The notes: a model not told the origin generated them from the sequence alone. Counted from the stretch's first letter, positions 15,001-27,794 are shown. The stretch: 64,000 nt of DNA from Tubiluchus corallicola (GCA_030141605.1 JAQGDQ010000284.1:186001-250000); one strand, 5' to 3'. A program made the numbers and translations.

Positions 15001-15257
15001 TCGCAAACATTGAAAAAATCTAACTTCTCAGAAAACTTAGCCATTCCTCTAAGTTGTCCTGGGGTTTTTTTAAACTAAATTTGCTTTTGGATCATAAATT
15101 CTTAGGTATAGTGAAATTTAAGACAAGTGAAATCATGTTGTCGTAAAAACAAACATATTAAGACTTTAAAAACAGTTCATTTAACTTATGATGAGTTTGT
15201 GAAAGTTTATGCTAATGTACATGAAATAATTTAGTCCATATATGTCTGTTTGAATTT

Positions 15258-16160
15258 AAGTAGTTATAGCGCATGAAGCGTGATAGTGACTTAACCTTGA
15301 CATGACCTTGACTTCGCATATAAGTAGTTATAGCGCATGAAGCGTGATAGTGACTTAACCTTGACATGACCTTGACTTCGCATATAAGTAGTTATAGCGC
15401 ATGAAGCGTGATAGTGACTTAACCTTGACATGACCTTGACTTCGCATATAAGTAGCTATAGCGCGTGAAGCGTAATAGTGACTTAACCTTGACATGACCT
15501 TGACTTCGCATGTAAGTACCGTATTTTCCCGTGTATAAGAGACCCTTTTTTGCTCAGAATTTTCACTTTAAAAATAGGGGGTCTCTTATACATGGGAGTA
15601 AGTCTTTTCAATAAGATGCATAAATTGTGACACTAATGATTTTAAGTGCTCTACAAGTGCCTCAAGGCATGGAATGGTGTAAAGCCAGAGGTCATTATTA
15701 AATCTTTCAAGAAGTGTGGCATCTCCAATGCCATGGACGGCACAGAGGACAATGCCATTTTTGAGCAGAGTGACTCCTCTGATGATGAACTGGCTGGAAT
15801 TGCTGAAGGTCTGACTCCAGTTGATATTTTTGATGAGAGTGATGAGGAATTTAATGATTTCTATCATGAATAAAGTTATTCATTACCAAAAAACTTTTTT
15901 CCAGAATTTTTGCCTAAAAATTGAAGGGGTCTCTTATACACAAGGGTCTCTTATACACGGGAAAATACGGTAGTTATAGCGCATAAAGCGTGATAGTGAC
16001 TTAACCTTGACATGACCTTGACCTCGCATGTAAGTAGTTATAGCGCATAAAGCGTAATAGTGACTTAACCTTGACATGACCTTGACCTCGCATGTAAGTA
16101 GTTATAGCGCATAAAGCGTGATAGTGACTTAACCTTGATGTGACCTTGACCTCGACCTTG
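15258..16160. repeat. 64-bp minisatellite (~7 units), interrupted by a transposon
   Basis: Unit starts at 15258, 15322, 15386, 15450, 15514 (split), 16032 and 16096. Each unit carries TGACCTTGA. Confidence 0.95.
15519..15970 (+). mobile_element. Internally deleted pogo/Tigger-like DNA transposon, 452 bp, TA TSD
   Basis: TIR CCGTATTTTCCCGTGTATAAGAGACCC with a perfect reverse complement at the right end. TA at 15517-18 and 15971-72. Residual transposase C-terminus KAWNGVKPEVIIKSFKKCGISNAMDGTED at about 15660-15873. Confidence 0.92.
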
Positions 16161-16674
16161 AAACTTGTAGGGTTTATAATAAACAAAGTTTGCATCCACC
16201 CAGAAGGGCAGTCTTTGCCATTTTATGGCTGCCTCGTTTTCAGTTGTGACAGTTCGGAAGTAGAATTACGTCCCTTTACCCCGTTTACTCTTATTGCTCC
16301 ACTTACCCCATTTACCTCACTTAAGCACACCTGTCTTGTTCATTGATTATATCAGTGTGACAATCACAGTGGTGATGATGATTCGTCACTTTATTCTGAT
16401 TGATTGAGCCTGGTAAAAAAGCCGCTAGACAGATAATTATTATTAGCTCAGCTTCCCATGAAAACACTTGAGCTGTGCCTTTTGTTAGGTGATAATGGTA
16501 AACTTTCTGTTTGTATGCTGAATGAGTAACAGACTGAGGTTACGATCAGTCTAGCATCTCATTTATCTTTATGTTGAGAGGCTTAGCTTAATGTGTTTTT
16601 TTTAGTTTTTTTTACTTTTACCTTGTTGTAATACCTAAGTTATCTATTTGTTTTTGATTGTTTGTTTTTGTTTT

Positions 16675-16685
16675 TGTCGTCGTCG

Positions 16686-16723
<38 letters not shown>

Positions 16724-17395
16724 GCTATTGCTGCTGCTGCTGCTGTGTTGTGTGTCTGTCTGTCTGTTTATTTGTTTACTTAACACTTATTTATTTATTT
16801 ATGCAGTCATTCATTTTTTAATTTGCTGACTCACTTATTTATTTACTATTTATTTATCTACGTTTGTATTCGCACATGAACTTACTTAATTATGTTTTTG
16901 CTTAATTATTTTTTTCATTTATTTATTTTATTTTGACCCATTCACTCAGCCATTTATGTGTTTATTTCATTATTTGTTTTTATTTATTTTTTCATTTATT
17001 TATTTCATTTTGACCCATTCACTCGGCCATTTATGTGTTTATTTCATTATTTGTTTATTTATTTTTTCATTTATTTATTTCATTTTGACGCATTCACTCA
17101 GCCATTTATGGGTTTATTTCATCAATTATTTATTTATTTACTTGGTTATTTATTTATTTACTTATTTATTTAATTATTTGTAAATTTATTTACTTATTTA
17201 TTTATTTACTTATTCATTTAAATATTTATTTACTGATTTACTTATTTATTTATTTACTTATTTATTTATTTATATATTTGTTTACTTATTTATTTATTTA
17301 CTTTTTTGTTTACCTATTTATTTATTTATATATTTATTTACTTACTTATTTATTAATTTATTTATTTACTTATTTATTTGGTTATTTATTTATGT
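16675..17395. repeat. (GTT)n/(GCT)n followed by degenerate (ATTT)n field with ~76-bp internal repeats
   Basis: Direct reading. Confidence 0.9.
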
Positions 17396-18052
17396 AACGT
17401 TGTCTTAGCTCTCAGCTCTGAGTGTTCAGTTTTCTTAAAACTGGGACAATGGCACCTACCCGAGTAATTATCTCGCGTTTGTTCAATTTAATTCAAACTA
17501 TAAATTCATCGCAGCGATTCTTATCAATTTGCGTTTAAAAATCAACCGTTCAAACACTTCGCGTTTAAAAATCAACTCTCCCATCTCACGCAAACACTTC
17601 GCTTTTTATCGGCTAATAGATCTGTAATCAATAGGCAACAATTAGTGCGTGAGACAAGCGCCAGGGGACGCTTTTAATGTCTGTTCGTCTCTCAGCGGGA
17701 TGACAATGAATTATGCAAGCAGGACATATTATGCAAAATGGCGGCAAACAAGTCTTGTTTGCTTTGCCTTTTTCATTTTTCCGCAGATCACAGGGACCTC
17801 TAATGGATCATTGTAGTTATGAATACTATTGAGTAAATATATCAGCAGCTTGATAGGGTCATTTCGTGAGTAAAAATCATTGCTGACTACAGTGCAAAAA
17901 CAGGGGTCTTTTTATACTGTACAATTTCAGTTATACTGCACAAATAACAACATGTAAACTACGTTGACCATAACACTTAATACAATATGATATACATGCC
18001 AAATGCTACATGAACAGAAAAAATATAGGCTTTATGCAACGTTCTTTTTATA

Positions 18053-18172
18053 CACTACGGCCAAATCACATTGAAAATACCCGTTCTCGTCTGATCACCG
18101 AAGTTAAGCAGCGCAGAGCCTGGTTAGTACTTGCATGGGTGACCGCCTAGGAATACCAGGTGCTGTAGGCTT
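18053..18172 (+). pseudogene. Full-length 5S rRNA-derived sequence (probably a SINE head)
   Basis: 120 nt collinear with metazoan 5S (ctacggcc...gaagttaagc...cctggttagtactt..atgggtgaccgcct.ggaatacc.ggtgctgtaggctt). Altered 5' end and box C; no oligo-T terminator directly after. Confidence 0.9.
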
Positions 18173-18360
18173 GCGGGATGCCCACATATCTCGACACCAG
18201 GCGGAGGAGCTGCACAAGCAGCCAACGGCTAGAGGGCGGAGGAGGTCTAGTGGCCCAACGGCCATGTGTAGAGGAGTAAACCTTCCAAATCAGGATTGGA
18301 GCCCCGAAGGCGGACCAGTGCAGCATGCAGAAACGTAAAAGAACTTCACTTACTGTTTTT
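18053..18360 (+). mobile_element. Candidate 5S-derived SINE (SINE3-type): 5S head, ~155-bp GC-rich body, tail
   Basis: 5S sequence runs directly into a GC-rich body; first T5 at 18356-18360. No TSD recognised. Confidence 0.65.
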
Positions 18361-18595
18361 GATTGAAACGGTTCAACAAGACGTACAGAAACATAAAAGA
18401 ACTTCATTTACTGTTTTTCATTGAAAAGGTTCAACAAGACGTACAGAAACATAAAAGAACTTCACTTACTGTTTTTCATTGAAAAGGTTCAACAAGACGT
18501 ACAGAAACATAAAAGAACTTCACTTACTGTTTTTGATTGAAACGGTTCAACAAGACGTACAGAAACATAAAAGAACTTCAGTTGCTGTTTTTGAT
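18328..18595. repeat. 58-bp tandem repeat, ~4.6 units
   Basis: cagaaac at 18328, 18386, 18444, 18502 and 18560. Confidence 0.95.
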
Positions 18596-19419
18596 AGCAA
18601 AACTAGCTCGTGAGAAGCTAGATGTTAGATGCGCCTTGTTATGGAGAAATCTCGTCCCATAGATACTTGAATCTTTTCGTTACCAATCTATTTGATCGCA
18701 ACAAAAATAGGCAAGCGGAAGTCGCTCGCTGGGCGCCTCTTTTTAAGTGCTTATTATCTGACCTACATCTTAACACATTACCTGCCCGATCTGTCTGCGT
18801 ATTGTTGTCGTAAAAGAGCGATAGGGTTAAAATACAGGTGTGTATTGACAGGTGTTTATTGCTGCTGACACCACCGCCCCGTCTGTCTGCAACTGTGTCC
18901 CGGTCACATCACCTCTAAAGCTTGTTAACAAAGTTGGGGATGGTGTAAAAGAATCAGGTTTCCTCGGGCGGCTGTCAAGAACTCTTGTTACCTGCTGTGT
19001 CTTCCCAGGGGAATACTGCAGAGAGAGAGTCTCCTTGGATAGAACAATCTCCGTCCTCTTTGGTTACCCTTTGTTATAGTTTTTGAAGTGATAACTCGCC
19101 CCATATCGGCCGCCTGGCACTCGAGATAATTATCAACTTTTGTGTGTATAAGATAAGTTTTTTCGTAAAATCTGTACCATGTACTTAAAGGTTATTAGCT
19201 ATGAATGGCAGTTAGAGCATAGCTGCTCTCCCTCACACTGCAGTGTGCTTTATCCAGAGTTGTAAATATTGGTCAAACACATTTTCGAACCATGGAAGCA
19301 CTCACACAGCCTATGCTTTCTATATTGTAGTTTATTGGCAGAGTTACGAAAGATTAAAGCATATTAATACCATTAATACCCACTCGGGTAATAATCATTG
19401 GATTTGCACCTTTGTTAGG

Positions 19420-19487
19420 AAAAATTGTTATGCAACCTTTCGTGGAATTGAACTCGGAACTTTTGATTCCTAAGCAGGTATGCTAAT
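19420..19487 (-). mobile_element. Degenerate tRNA-like SINE head fragment
   Basis: Reverse complement tagcatacctgcttaggaatcaaaagttccgagttcaattcc has a B-box-like GAGTTCAATTCC. Confidence 0.35.
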
Positions 19488-19964
19488 TATTACCTTGCTG
19501 GGTTGCTTATGACCTGCGGCAATTTATGACCCCGAAACCATCTCTGGTTACCTGCAGTCTCTAGTAGAAAGTTTCAAACGAATTAGCCATAGATCTTCAT
19601 AAAATTAGACTGTGCGTTGTAATATTATCAAAAGCAGGGTTTGCAAAAAGTTTCCAATTTGCATTAAATAGTCCCAGTTCCAAGTTCTTTACACCCAGGG
19701 AACTCAGCTCAGTTCCTCCTTACTGCATTGTTGCTATCTCTCTGTCACCGATTAGAATTCATGTTGTCAACAACTTGCTACCTTTTGTAGGAGATCTAAC
19801 CCCCCCCCCGCCAAACGAACGACAAAAATGTAAGTATTCGCAAAAGTTAACTATATGTGAAACTTGGAAAGCGAACTACTTTTACTTCCAAGTTTGTTAC
19901 CTGTGTGGCAAAATGAACTAATTCAAGTTCTTAGTTCCCAGAATCTTTAAAAAAGAAACTAGTT

Positions 19965-20426
19965 TAAGGTTGCCATATTAGAAAATCAGAAATACGGGAC
20001 ACTCTTAAAATCTCTCTATATATTATTGTTACTAGACATACATATTTATACATGCCTACACGCCCATATCAATATATTACATAAAAGCAGAGACATGTTA
20101 AAAGCATAAAGCAAGGATTTTAATGGGTTACAAGGTTTTAATGGTGTAATACAGTTACAAGCTAAAACAATTCTGTAAAAGCCAAATCATTTGAAAATTT
20201 TTATTTAATACAGACAACAGAAAAATGTTATTATTATTATTATTATTATCTAATACAGCCAATATAGAAAACTAAAGGGAATTCTGAGAAAGTGACATCA
20301 TGGCTAAATGTATTTTTATTACGAAATTTGAAAAAACAGTAAATACGGGACATTTGGGTGTGTCTGAAAAGTTAGTACGGGACAGGGGACAAAATTATCA
20401 AGTATGAGACGTATCTGGCAACCCTA
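19965..20426 (+). mobile_element. hAT-like (Tip100-type) MITE with 8-bp TSD
   Basis: Ends taaggttgcca and tggcaacccta; TSD aactagtt / aactagta (7/8); subterminal GGGAC motifs. Confidence 0.8.
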
Positions 20427-21294
20427 AACTAGTATTAGTTCCAAGTTACTTCCAAAACTAACTAGTTCCAGGATATTCGTCTTTACAAACCTGGTCTGTC
20501 ATCTCCTGCATCCGCACTTTCGTTCTTACCACAGGTGTGCATATACTTGCGGTTACCTGGGATTCTTGCCGGAGTAACCCAACTGCTTCTATCTGGGTTA
20601 CGAGCCACTTTCATTCTGGGACATTTCAGCTTGTGAATTAATGAACAGGAAATGATAGATATTGTTGCAACGTGTTCAGTTCACAACCCCCCGACCTTGG
20701 GTGTTTGCTGAATAGCCACGTAATTTCACGAGGCTTTCAGGCATAGACACCTGTCCCTGCTTGCACAAGTAAAACACTTCTTGGGACAGATGCGTGCACG
20801 AGTGCTTATATGCGTGATAGGGAGGAAGAGAGGTGTCACGCTCAAGAGGTGTCCAGGAACATTGGATCTTCATTTCTACATTAGAAGATGGTCCTAGATA
20901 GGAGACGTAGATACAGTGTCATTACAGGACTTGGCTTATCTTTCATGGCAGTAAATATGCCATATCTTGTAGTTTCGTCTACAGATATATTGGCTCACCA
21001 ATACCATGCACTGCATTATCAGACTACGCATTGTCATTTACAGATGGTTCACCTCTTGTTGTTTTACTAAATCATGCATTGTTTTCTGCTAATATTGGCT
21101 TACCATGCATTATTGTATAGGACGATGTATTGTCATCCACAGATTATGGTTTACAAAGCATTGCTTTATCGGTCTGTGCATTGTTTTCTACAATGTACTG
21201 ACAAGTTTACCAAAAGTTGCTTTACCATATCGGGTATTGTCATACACAGCTATTTTATACATTGTTGCCTTAAAAGTATTTCTTACCATTTTCT

Positions 21295-21602
21295 TACAGA
21301 TATTTTTATACCCTTGTTACCTTACAAGTATGTTTATACCATTGTTACTCTACAAGTATGTTTGTACCTTTGCTACTTTACAAGTATTTTATACCATTGT
21401 TGCCTTACAAGTATTTTTATACCATTGTTGCCTTACAAGTATTTTTATACCATTGTTACTCTACAAGTATGTTTGTACCTTTGCTACCTTACAAGTATTT
21501 TTATACCATTGTTACCTTACAAGTATTTTTATACCATTGTTACTCCACAAGTATGTTTGTACCTTCGCTACCTTACAAGTATTTTTATGCCTTTGTTACC
21601 TA
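21295..21602. repeat. ~28-bp minisatellite with variant units
   Basis: Repeats of tacaagtatttttataccattgtt..ct and tacaagtatgtttgtacctt; explains three overlapping ORFs. Confidence 0.9.
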
Positions 21603-22782
21603 AAAATATTTGTTCACTGTCCATTGCTTTATCTGACCAGACATTGTTGCTTGCAGGTATTGGCCCACCTTATCTTGCTCGTAGTAGATTCTTACAGTAT
21701 CAACTACAGACATTAACCTACTATTACTTAATGCTTACAGCAGATATTAGCTTGTTGTTTTGGCCCACCCTCACATAGACGCTTACACCAGGAACTACCT
21801 GTTTTATTACCAGAAAATCTCTTGTCTTGCTATTTTCATTCTCAACACATGAATAAATTATACGGATGAATACAAAACTAATGCCAGTGTTTTCTTTACA
21901 ATATAATAATGTTGATATATTCTTCCTGGTACAACGCGTTATCAACGGCAGTTTTGTTGTTCAAAAGTAAATTACTAGTGTAGTTTATTGTTGACGAAAT
22001 ACAGTGATTAGCACGTTTGAGAACTGGGGCGCTCCACAGACTTTCGTTAATAGCACTAGTTTTCTACGCTAGCCGGTATTTTTCGCCATATTGTTGTGGA
22101 GAGAATGATAGTGTTAAGACTTAAACGGCGGGTCTGTGAGGTGTGTATTTTTCTTTCTGGCAAAAGTAGTTTAGTAGCTTAGAGGTTGCTGAACTCGGTT
22201 AAGGTTTTATAATGTTGTGCACACATCATTATACGTTATTACGTTCAAACTGCTACCACTTACGCGCTAATGTTCCCCTTTTCTGGCTCTTTAAAGCCAG
22301 TTTTTCTTATTTTTGTTGGCGCTTTTTTGTCGGCCGGTGTCCATCAGTCCGAGGAAAGAGAGGTAAATGGTTTAATAATGTGGTTTGTGGCGAATGGGAG
22401 CGAGACGACGGTCACTATGGCAAGATGTGTCACTGTCTGTGACAAAGCGCTTTTGGCTAGTAATTAAATTAATGGGAGGGACGATTTAACTGGCCACTGA
22501 CGAAGAAGCGGGGGGGGGGGGGTCCTCTATAACTTTACGATCAAGCAAGTTCCTTGAGAACATGAAGGAAACATAGACAGTCATCAAACATTATCAACTA
22601 ATGGAGGTAATCCAATAACGAGCTTTCATGTTTCTTTGTTTTTTCTCTTCATTTTGCAATCTTATCGTTTGCAAATAAACATATTTTGTTATTGCCACAA
22701 AAAATGTTAGATTAGATTTGTTTATTTCTGCATAAAAGGTAAATAAAAAACATAAAAACATTTCATCACATTTTTTTAAGTT

Positions 22783-22968
22783 TATAAGTTTATTTATTTC
22801 CACTCTGCATCTAACAGTTATAATAAAAATACAGATAATTTCACTGAAGTAAATATAAATATAAATGCAATATTATCCAGAAATTACAAAGAGATTCTTA
22901 TGCAGCATAGACATGTGCAAATTACATTACAGATTATTTTTGGTGCATACAGTTTGAGCCTAAAAGCA
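22783..22968 (-). repeat. Inverted copy of 12951-13131
   Basis: Direct alignment by eye. Confidence 0.85.
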
Positions 22969-23271
22969 CAGCATAGCATTACTATAATATACTACAATAA
23001 AAGTTACACTGAAAATACCACTATGTGTTATACATTCAGTAAATAATCATTCACGATGTATTTGACCATTTTTAATTTACAAACAGACTGTTGCTTCACT
23101 ACTATCAGTCTTATATGCCTTGTTTACATCGCGCAAAGAAAATTTGTGTGTTTCACTGATCGTGGTCTACAGAATATTCGGATGACGATGCTCAACAAGC
23201 ATCAGCATCAGTAACACTTGTGAGAAAAGGGTGGGAGGGAGTTCAGGGAAATATTGGGGTTGGATGAGGAC

Positions 23272-23613
23272 TAGGGGTGAGCATTCTCTACACAAAGCGA
23301 ATTCGAATCAAATCGAATTTGTGACTTTCGAATTCGAATCGAACCGAATTTCAGTATTTTGAATTCGAATCGTGTTGGAATTGAGTTTGAAAGATCTTCG
23401 AACCAGTAGCAAAAGTCGTCTTAACGAAGATCGTGCATATTACTCGATTTTGCTCTGCAGTAAAATCACGTATAATTTGTTTAAAATTTTGCACAGAAAT
23501 CATGATGTTTCAGACGTTTTAATAATAAAGAACGTGTCTGGTTGAAGTGCTGAATTATTCGAATCTATGATTTTAGGTTCGAACCGAACTCGAACGTTCG
23601 ATGCCCACCCCTA
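23272..23613 (+). mobile_element. hAT-like MITE, 342 bp, with TTCGAA-rich subterminal repeats
   Basis: TIR taggggtgagcat / atgcccaccccta; TSD atgaggac (23264-71) / atgaggag (23614-21). Confidence 0.85.
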
Positions 23614-24265
23614 ATGAGGAGAATGCCTGCAAATCAGCATTGCTACCTCATGTGCACAGAATCCCTCCCCTCCGCACCCGCCTTCATTGACCTACGCAAT
23701 CGGGTTTGTAAATGCAAAAGGAGCAAAACGCTTTTGCCTGAAGGGCGACGCCTGGCGGTGACACTTCAAAAACGAAGATGAGAAATAAATGGACAAACGC
23801 AGTTCATCTTAACTAGATTTAGAGTGTTGGTTGGTCGGTACAAACGGTCTAGGATCTACTTGTTCCCACGGTCTGGTCACTCCTGCTTTCTAGGTATAGT
23901 TGTTTAGCTTCATTTCTCTAATGCTTGGTAGTCTTGACCTTTTGAAGGTCAGGTCCTTTCCCTTGAGGATTTTTATCTATTTGGACGTAAAAAACCTAAT
24001 TATGGCTATATAAAATGATGCATTGTGGTAATTTAGCTGGACTGGCGTCATTACAATGCATGCACGTGTAGTCCATAATTGTCGCATCGTTTAAAACTCG
24101 ACTACTTTGGACACTGAGTCAACAATTTATACTCGCAGAATATTCTTTCTTGGAAAGTTTTAGTGGTCCAGCATTCCATTTATTGAGCTAGCAAAGCAAT
24201 TTTGATGACAGTTCTGAGGTGTTTTTAATTGGTAGAGAATTAAAAGTGTGATATGAAGAACTTCT

Positions 24266-25070
24266 TCTTTCACCAAATTTCTTAAATGTTAGCAAGAAAT
24301 TTCAAGAAAGGTAAAAAGACTTTAAACTCTTCCACCTAATTTCTTAAATATTAGCAAGAAATTTCAAGAAAGGGAAAAAGACTTGAAGCTCTTCCGCCAA
24401 ATTTCTTAAATATTAGCAAGAAATTTCAAGAAAGGGAAAAAGACTTGAAGCTCTTCCGCCAAATTTCTTAAATATTAGCAAGAAATTTCAAGAAAGGGAA
24501 AAAGACTTGAAGCTCTTCCACTAAATTTCTTAAATATTAGCAAGAAATTTCAAGAAAGGGAAAAAGACTTGAAACTGTTCCACTAAATTTCTTAAATATT
24601 AGCAAGAAGTTTCAAGGAAGGGAAAAAGACTTGAAACTCTTCCACCAAATTTCTTAAATATTAGCAAGAAGTTTCAAGGAAGGGAAAAAGACTTGAAACT
24701 CTTCCACCAAATTTCTTAAATATTAGCAAGAAATTTCAAGAAAGGGAAAAAGACTTGAAACTGTTCCACTAAATTTCTTAAATATTAGCAAGAAGTTTCA
24801 AGAAAGGGAAAAAGACTTGAAACTGTTCCACCAAATTTCTTAAATATTAGCAAGAAGTTTCAAGAAAGGGAAAAAGACTTGAAACTCTTCCACCAAATTT
24901 CTTAAATATTAGCAAGAAATTTCAAGAAAGGGAAAAAGACTTGAAACTCTTCCACCAAATTTCTTAAATGTTAGCAAGAAATTTCAAGAAAAGGGAAAAG
25001 ACTTGAAACTCTTCCGCCAAATTTCAAATATTAGCAAGAAATTTCAAGAAAGGGAAAAAGACTTTTGAAA
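24266..25070. repeat. 62-bp minisatellite, ~13 units, with an internal palindrome
   Basis: ttcaagaaag recurs at 24301, 24363, 24425 and onward; each unit has aaatttctt-N10-aagaaattt. Confidence 0.95.
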
Positions 25071-25177
25071 CAGAAGAAGTCATGGACAATATATGGAAGT
25101 GTTCAGGAAACTGAAAATATAACTGGGTTTTTTAATGCTGGGTTACGAATGGAATGACACAAGTTTACACTTGAAAC

Positions 25178-25396
25178 ATTCGAAACACTGAAATTCGGTT
25201 CGATTCGAATTCGAAAGTCACAAATTCGGTTTGATTCGAATTCGCTTTGTGGTAGAGAATGCTCACCCCTGCTCCTCATCCAACCCCAATATTTCCCTCC
25301 CACCCTTTTCTCACAAGTGTTACTGATGCTGACGCTTGTTCAGCATCGTCAACCGGATATTCTGCAAACCAGATATTAGTGAAATGCACAAATTTT
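25178..25396 (-). repeat. Inverted duplication of 23139-23364 (host flank plus MITE left end)
   Basis: High-identity reverse-complement match. Confidence 0.9.
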
Positions 25397-25504
25397 GCAT
25401 TACAGTTTCAACTTTCAAAAATGTACAGATTCATTACAAACAAGGTCACATATATTGATAAGGTCAAAAATTACTGTTCTTGAATTTAAGTTTCAAATTG
25501 CTAA

Positions 25505-25582
25505 ATGAGTAAGTGAGTGAGTGAGTGAGTGAGTGAGTGAGTGAGTGAGTGAGTGAGTGAGTGAGTGAGTGAGTAAGTAAGT
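25505..25582. repeat. (GAGT)n microsatellite
   Basis: Direct reading. Confidence 0.95.
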
Positions 25583-26470
25583 AATTTTTTTATTTTTCTC
25601 GATAAATTTACAATAATTCAACAATAAAATATACAAAAATACAAATGAATATGGGAGAAAGGTTAGCGAGTCAACCACCCTTCTCAGAAAGACAGTAAAC
25701 AAAAAGACGCTAATGACAGCAGAACACAACTATTAAAAAATACATAAACGTCCATAAATACAAAAAACAAAAATACAACAACAGCAAAAAACAAAAAACA
25801 AAATCCAAAAACCAAGTGAAATAGAATAGTAAAATTAGCTCTTCTTAGTTCGTTTTATTCTGCTTGTAATTTTTCGAAATTCTGTGTACACCGTGATGCC
25901 TGTGAGTTAAACAAAGAAACATCTCTGGTTTAAAGTTCACTGTTGTGCTTGGGCTTAGAGAAACCGCCACGACTTGCACACTGATTTATTGTCAGGCAAT
26001 TAAATAGTCTGGCTTTTTCACATGTATTCTTGAAATTAACAGCTATAATGCATTTTATTGTTGCAATTACGATATAAGAAGTTGCAAGCATACCACAATT
26101 ATTTATGCTTTTGAATGTTATAGTGGCAGGAGATAATTGAAATCGTAAAATTTCAATAAGTCTGTCAAGTGAGTCTGCTTCATACGTGAAATTATGATTG
26201 TTCGACTCACCGCGTTCCTGCTGCTACACTCAAGTGCAAATTCGACAGGTGACACTTCAAGGTCGCCGCGTATTTGTTCAGGTATGGGATGAGGATGCTC
26301 AGGCATCAGCATCAGCAACATCCCTGACTCCTCGTGCGGGTACATCCGCTTGTTTTGTGTTGGTGACATCCAATCTGTACTTATCAGTGTGACAATGAGC
26401 GGACGCAAAGAGCGTAAAAATATTTCAAAGAGTCGCCGACAGGTTGATAGGGTTAAGGGATAGTGTTGTA

Positions 26471-27148
26471 ACACCTGCTGCAGATGGTAGGTTTAAATTA
26501 TTATACAGTACCTGTATGGCCTAGATTTGAGCAATTTGCATTAGTGGAAAACCGGACGATTGGGTAAACATTGGTTCGGAATAAAAATAATGCTCTAAAA
26601 TATTGAAAATTACAATTTTTTAATCAAAACTTAGATTAAACAATAATTACCTCGGATAGTTAAATTTGTTAAACTTTCAAAGTTACGCGCGGCTCAGTGA
26701 ATCTTTTTTGTCACATTCGCGTGGCCGACAAAATGGGCACGGTACCGTGATAACCATGATCGTGAACTGCAGTGTTAGTTTCTGACGTCATATGACGTAG
26801 AGCCCAGTTACACCTGCTGCAGATGGTAGGTTTAAATTATTATACAGTACCTGTATGGCCTAGATTTGAGCAATTTGCATTAGTGGAAAACCGGACGATT
26901 GGGTAAACATTGGTTCGGAATAAAAATAATGCTCTAAAATATTGAAAATTACAATTTTTTAATCAAAACTTAGATTAAACAATAATTACCTCGGATAGTT
27001 AAATTTGTTAAACTTTCAAAGTTACGCGCGGCTCAGTGAATCTTTTTTGTCACATTCGCGTGGCCGACAAAATGGGCACGGTACCGTGATAACCATGATC
27101 GTGAACTGCAGTGTTAGTTTCTGACGTCATATGACGTAGAGCCCAGTT
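26471..27148. repeat. Apparently perfect 339-bp tandem duplication
   Basis: 26471-26809 equals 26810-27148; no mismatch noticed. Confidence 0.92.
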
Positions 27149-27408
27149 TATGTATGATGAATGTTTTCTTGTATTTTAGCAACTTATATTACGTGAATTT
27201 CTAAATGTTTACGATATCAGATAGCAACGTCACACAGGTTTCTTCTTTCTATTGAAACAGTTTTAAAAAACGAAGCCCAGTTTTTGACCCAAACTGCTCT
27301 TGGTAAGTTTTCTGAGACTTGGGAGACCTTCAATCGGCTCTTTCCTCTTCTGGTCAATTTCAGTATCTGTCCGATCGTTTGACCTGCTAACTACGATCCA
27401 AACCATTA

Positions 27409-27794
27409 AGCCTTTTCGCAGTTTCTTTGTGCGCACGCGCAGTTGCTTTATGATCAAAGATTAAGCGTTCCACAGCAACGTGTCTTAACTTCAATTGCCA
27501 AGCGACATGTGGGTAAAGCAAAACTGTCTGCCGCATCACTTCAGTAACTTCAGTTGTTTTATGTGGTCTTACTTCATTATGCATTAGTCTGTGCGTAGTG
27601 TGATTTACTAGCAGGATCTTGTTTGTGAACGAGAAACATGAAATAGCTAAGGTTCTAGCTAGCTGTTAAAACTGTTGCTATTACAACAGCATGGGCTGCG
27701 AAATATTGTCGAGTGTACACAAATGCGTTCTCTTGTACAGTTAACCTTTGACCTTTTCACGATCATCATCAATCGCTGGAACTATGAAAAGGCT
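27409..27794 (+). mobile_element. MITE family A, copy 2
   Basis: TA-agccttttcgcagtt ... aactatgaaaaggct-TA; collinear with 1069-1444. Confidence 0.8.

Noticed and set aside
18053-18172. Functional 5S rRNA gene
   Set aside because: Single copy, altered 5' end and box C, and no immediate terminator.
21074-21778. 234-aa and 203-aa overlapping ORFs
   Set aside because: Open in several frames because of a 28-bp minisatellite.
24266-25070. CRISPR-like array (palindromic repeats)
   Set aside because: Head-to-tail units without unique spacers, no cas genes, eukaryotic context. The same applies to the arrays at 15258, 18328 and 33428.
26198-26392. Possible extra INO80 exon
   Set aside because: No convincing acceptor/donor pair and no INO80-like motif; the flanking exons already join in frame.
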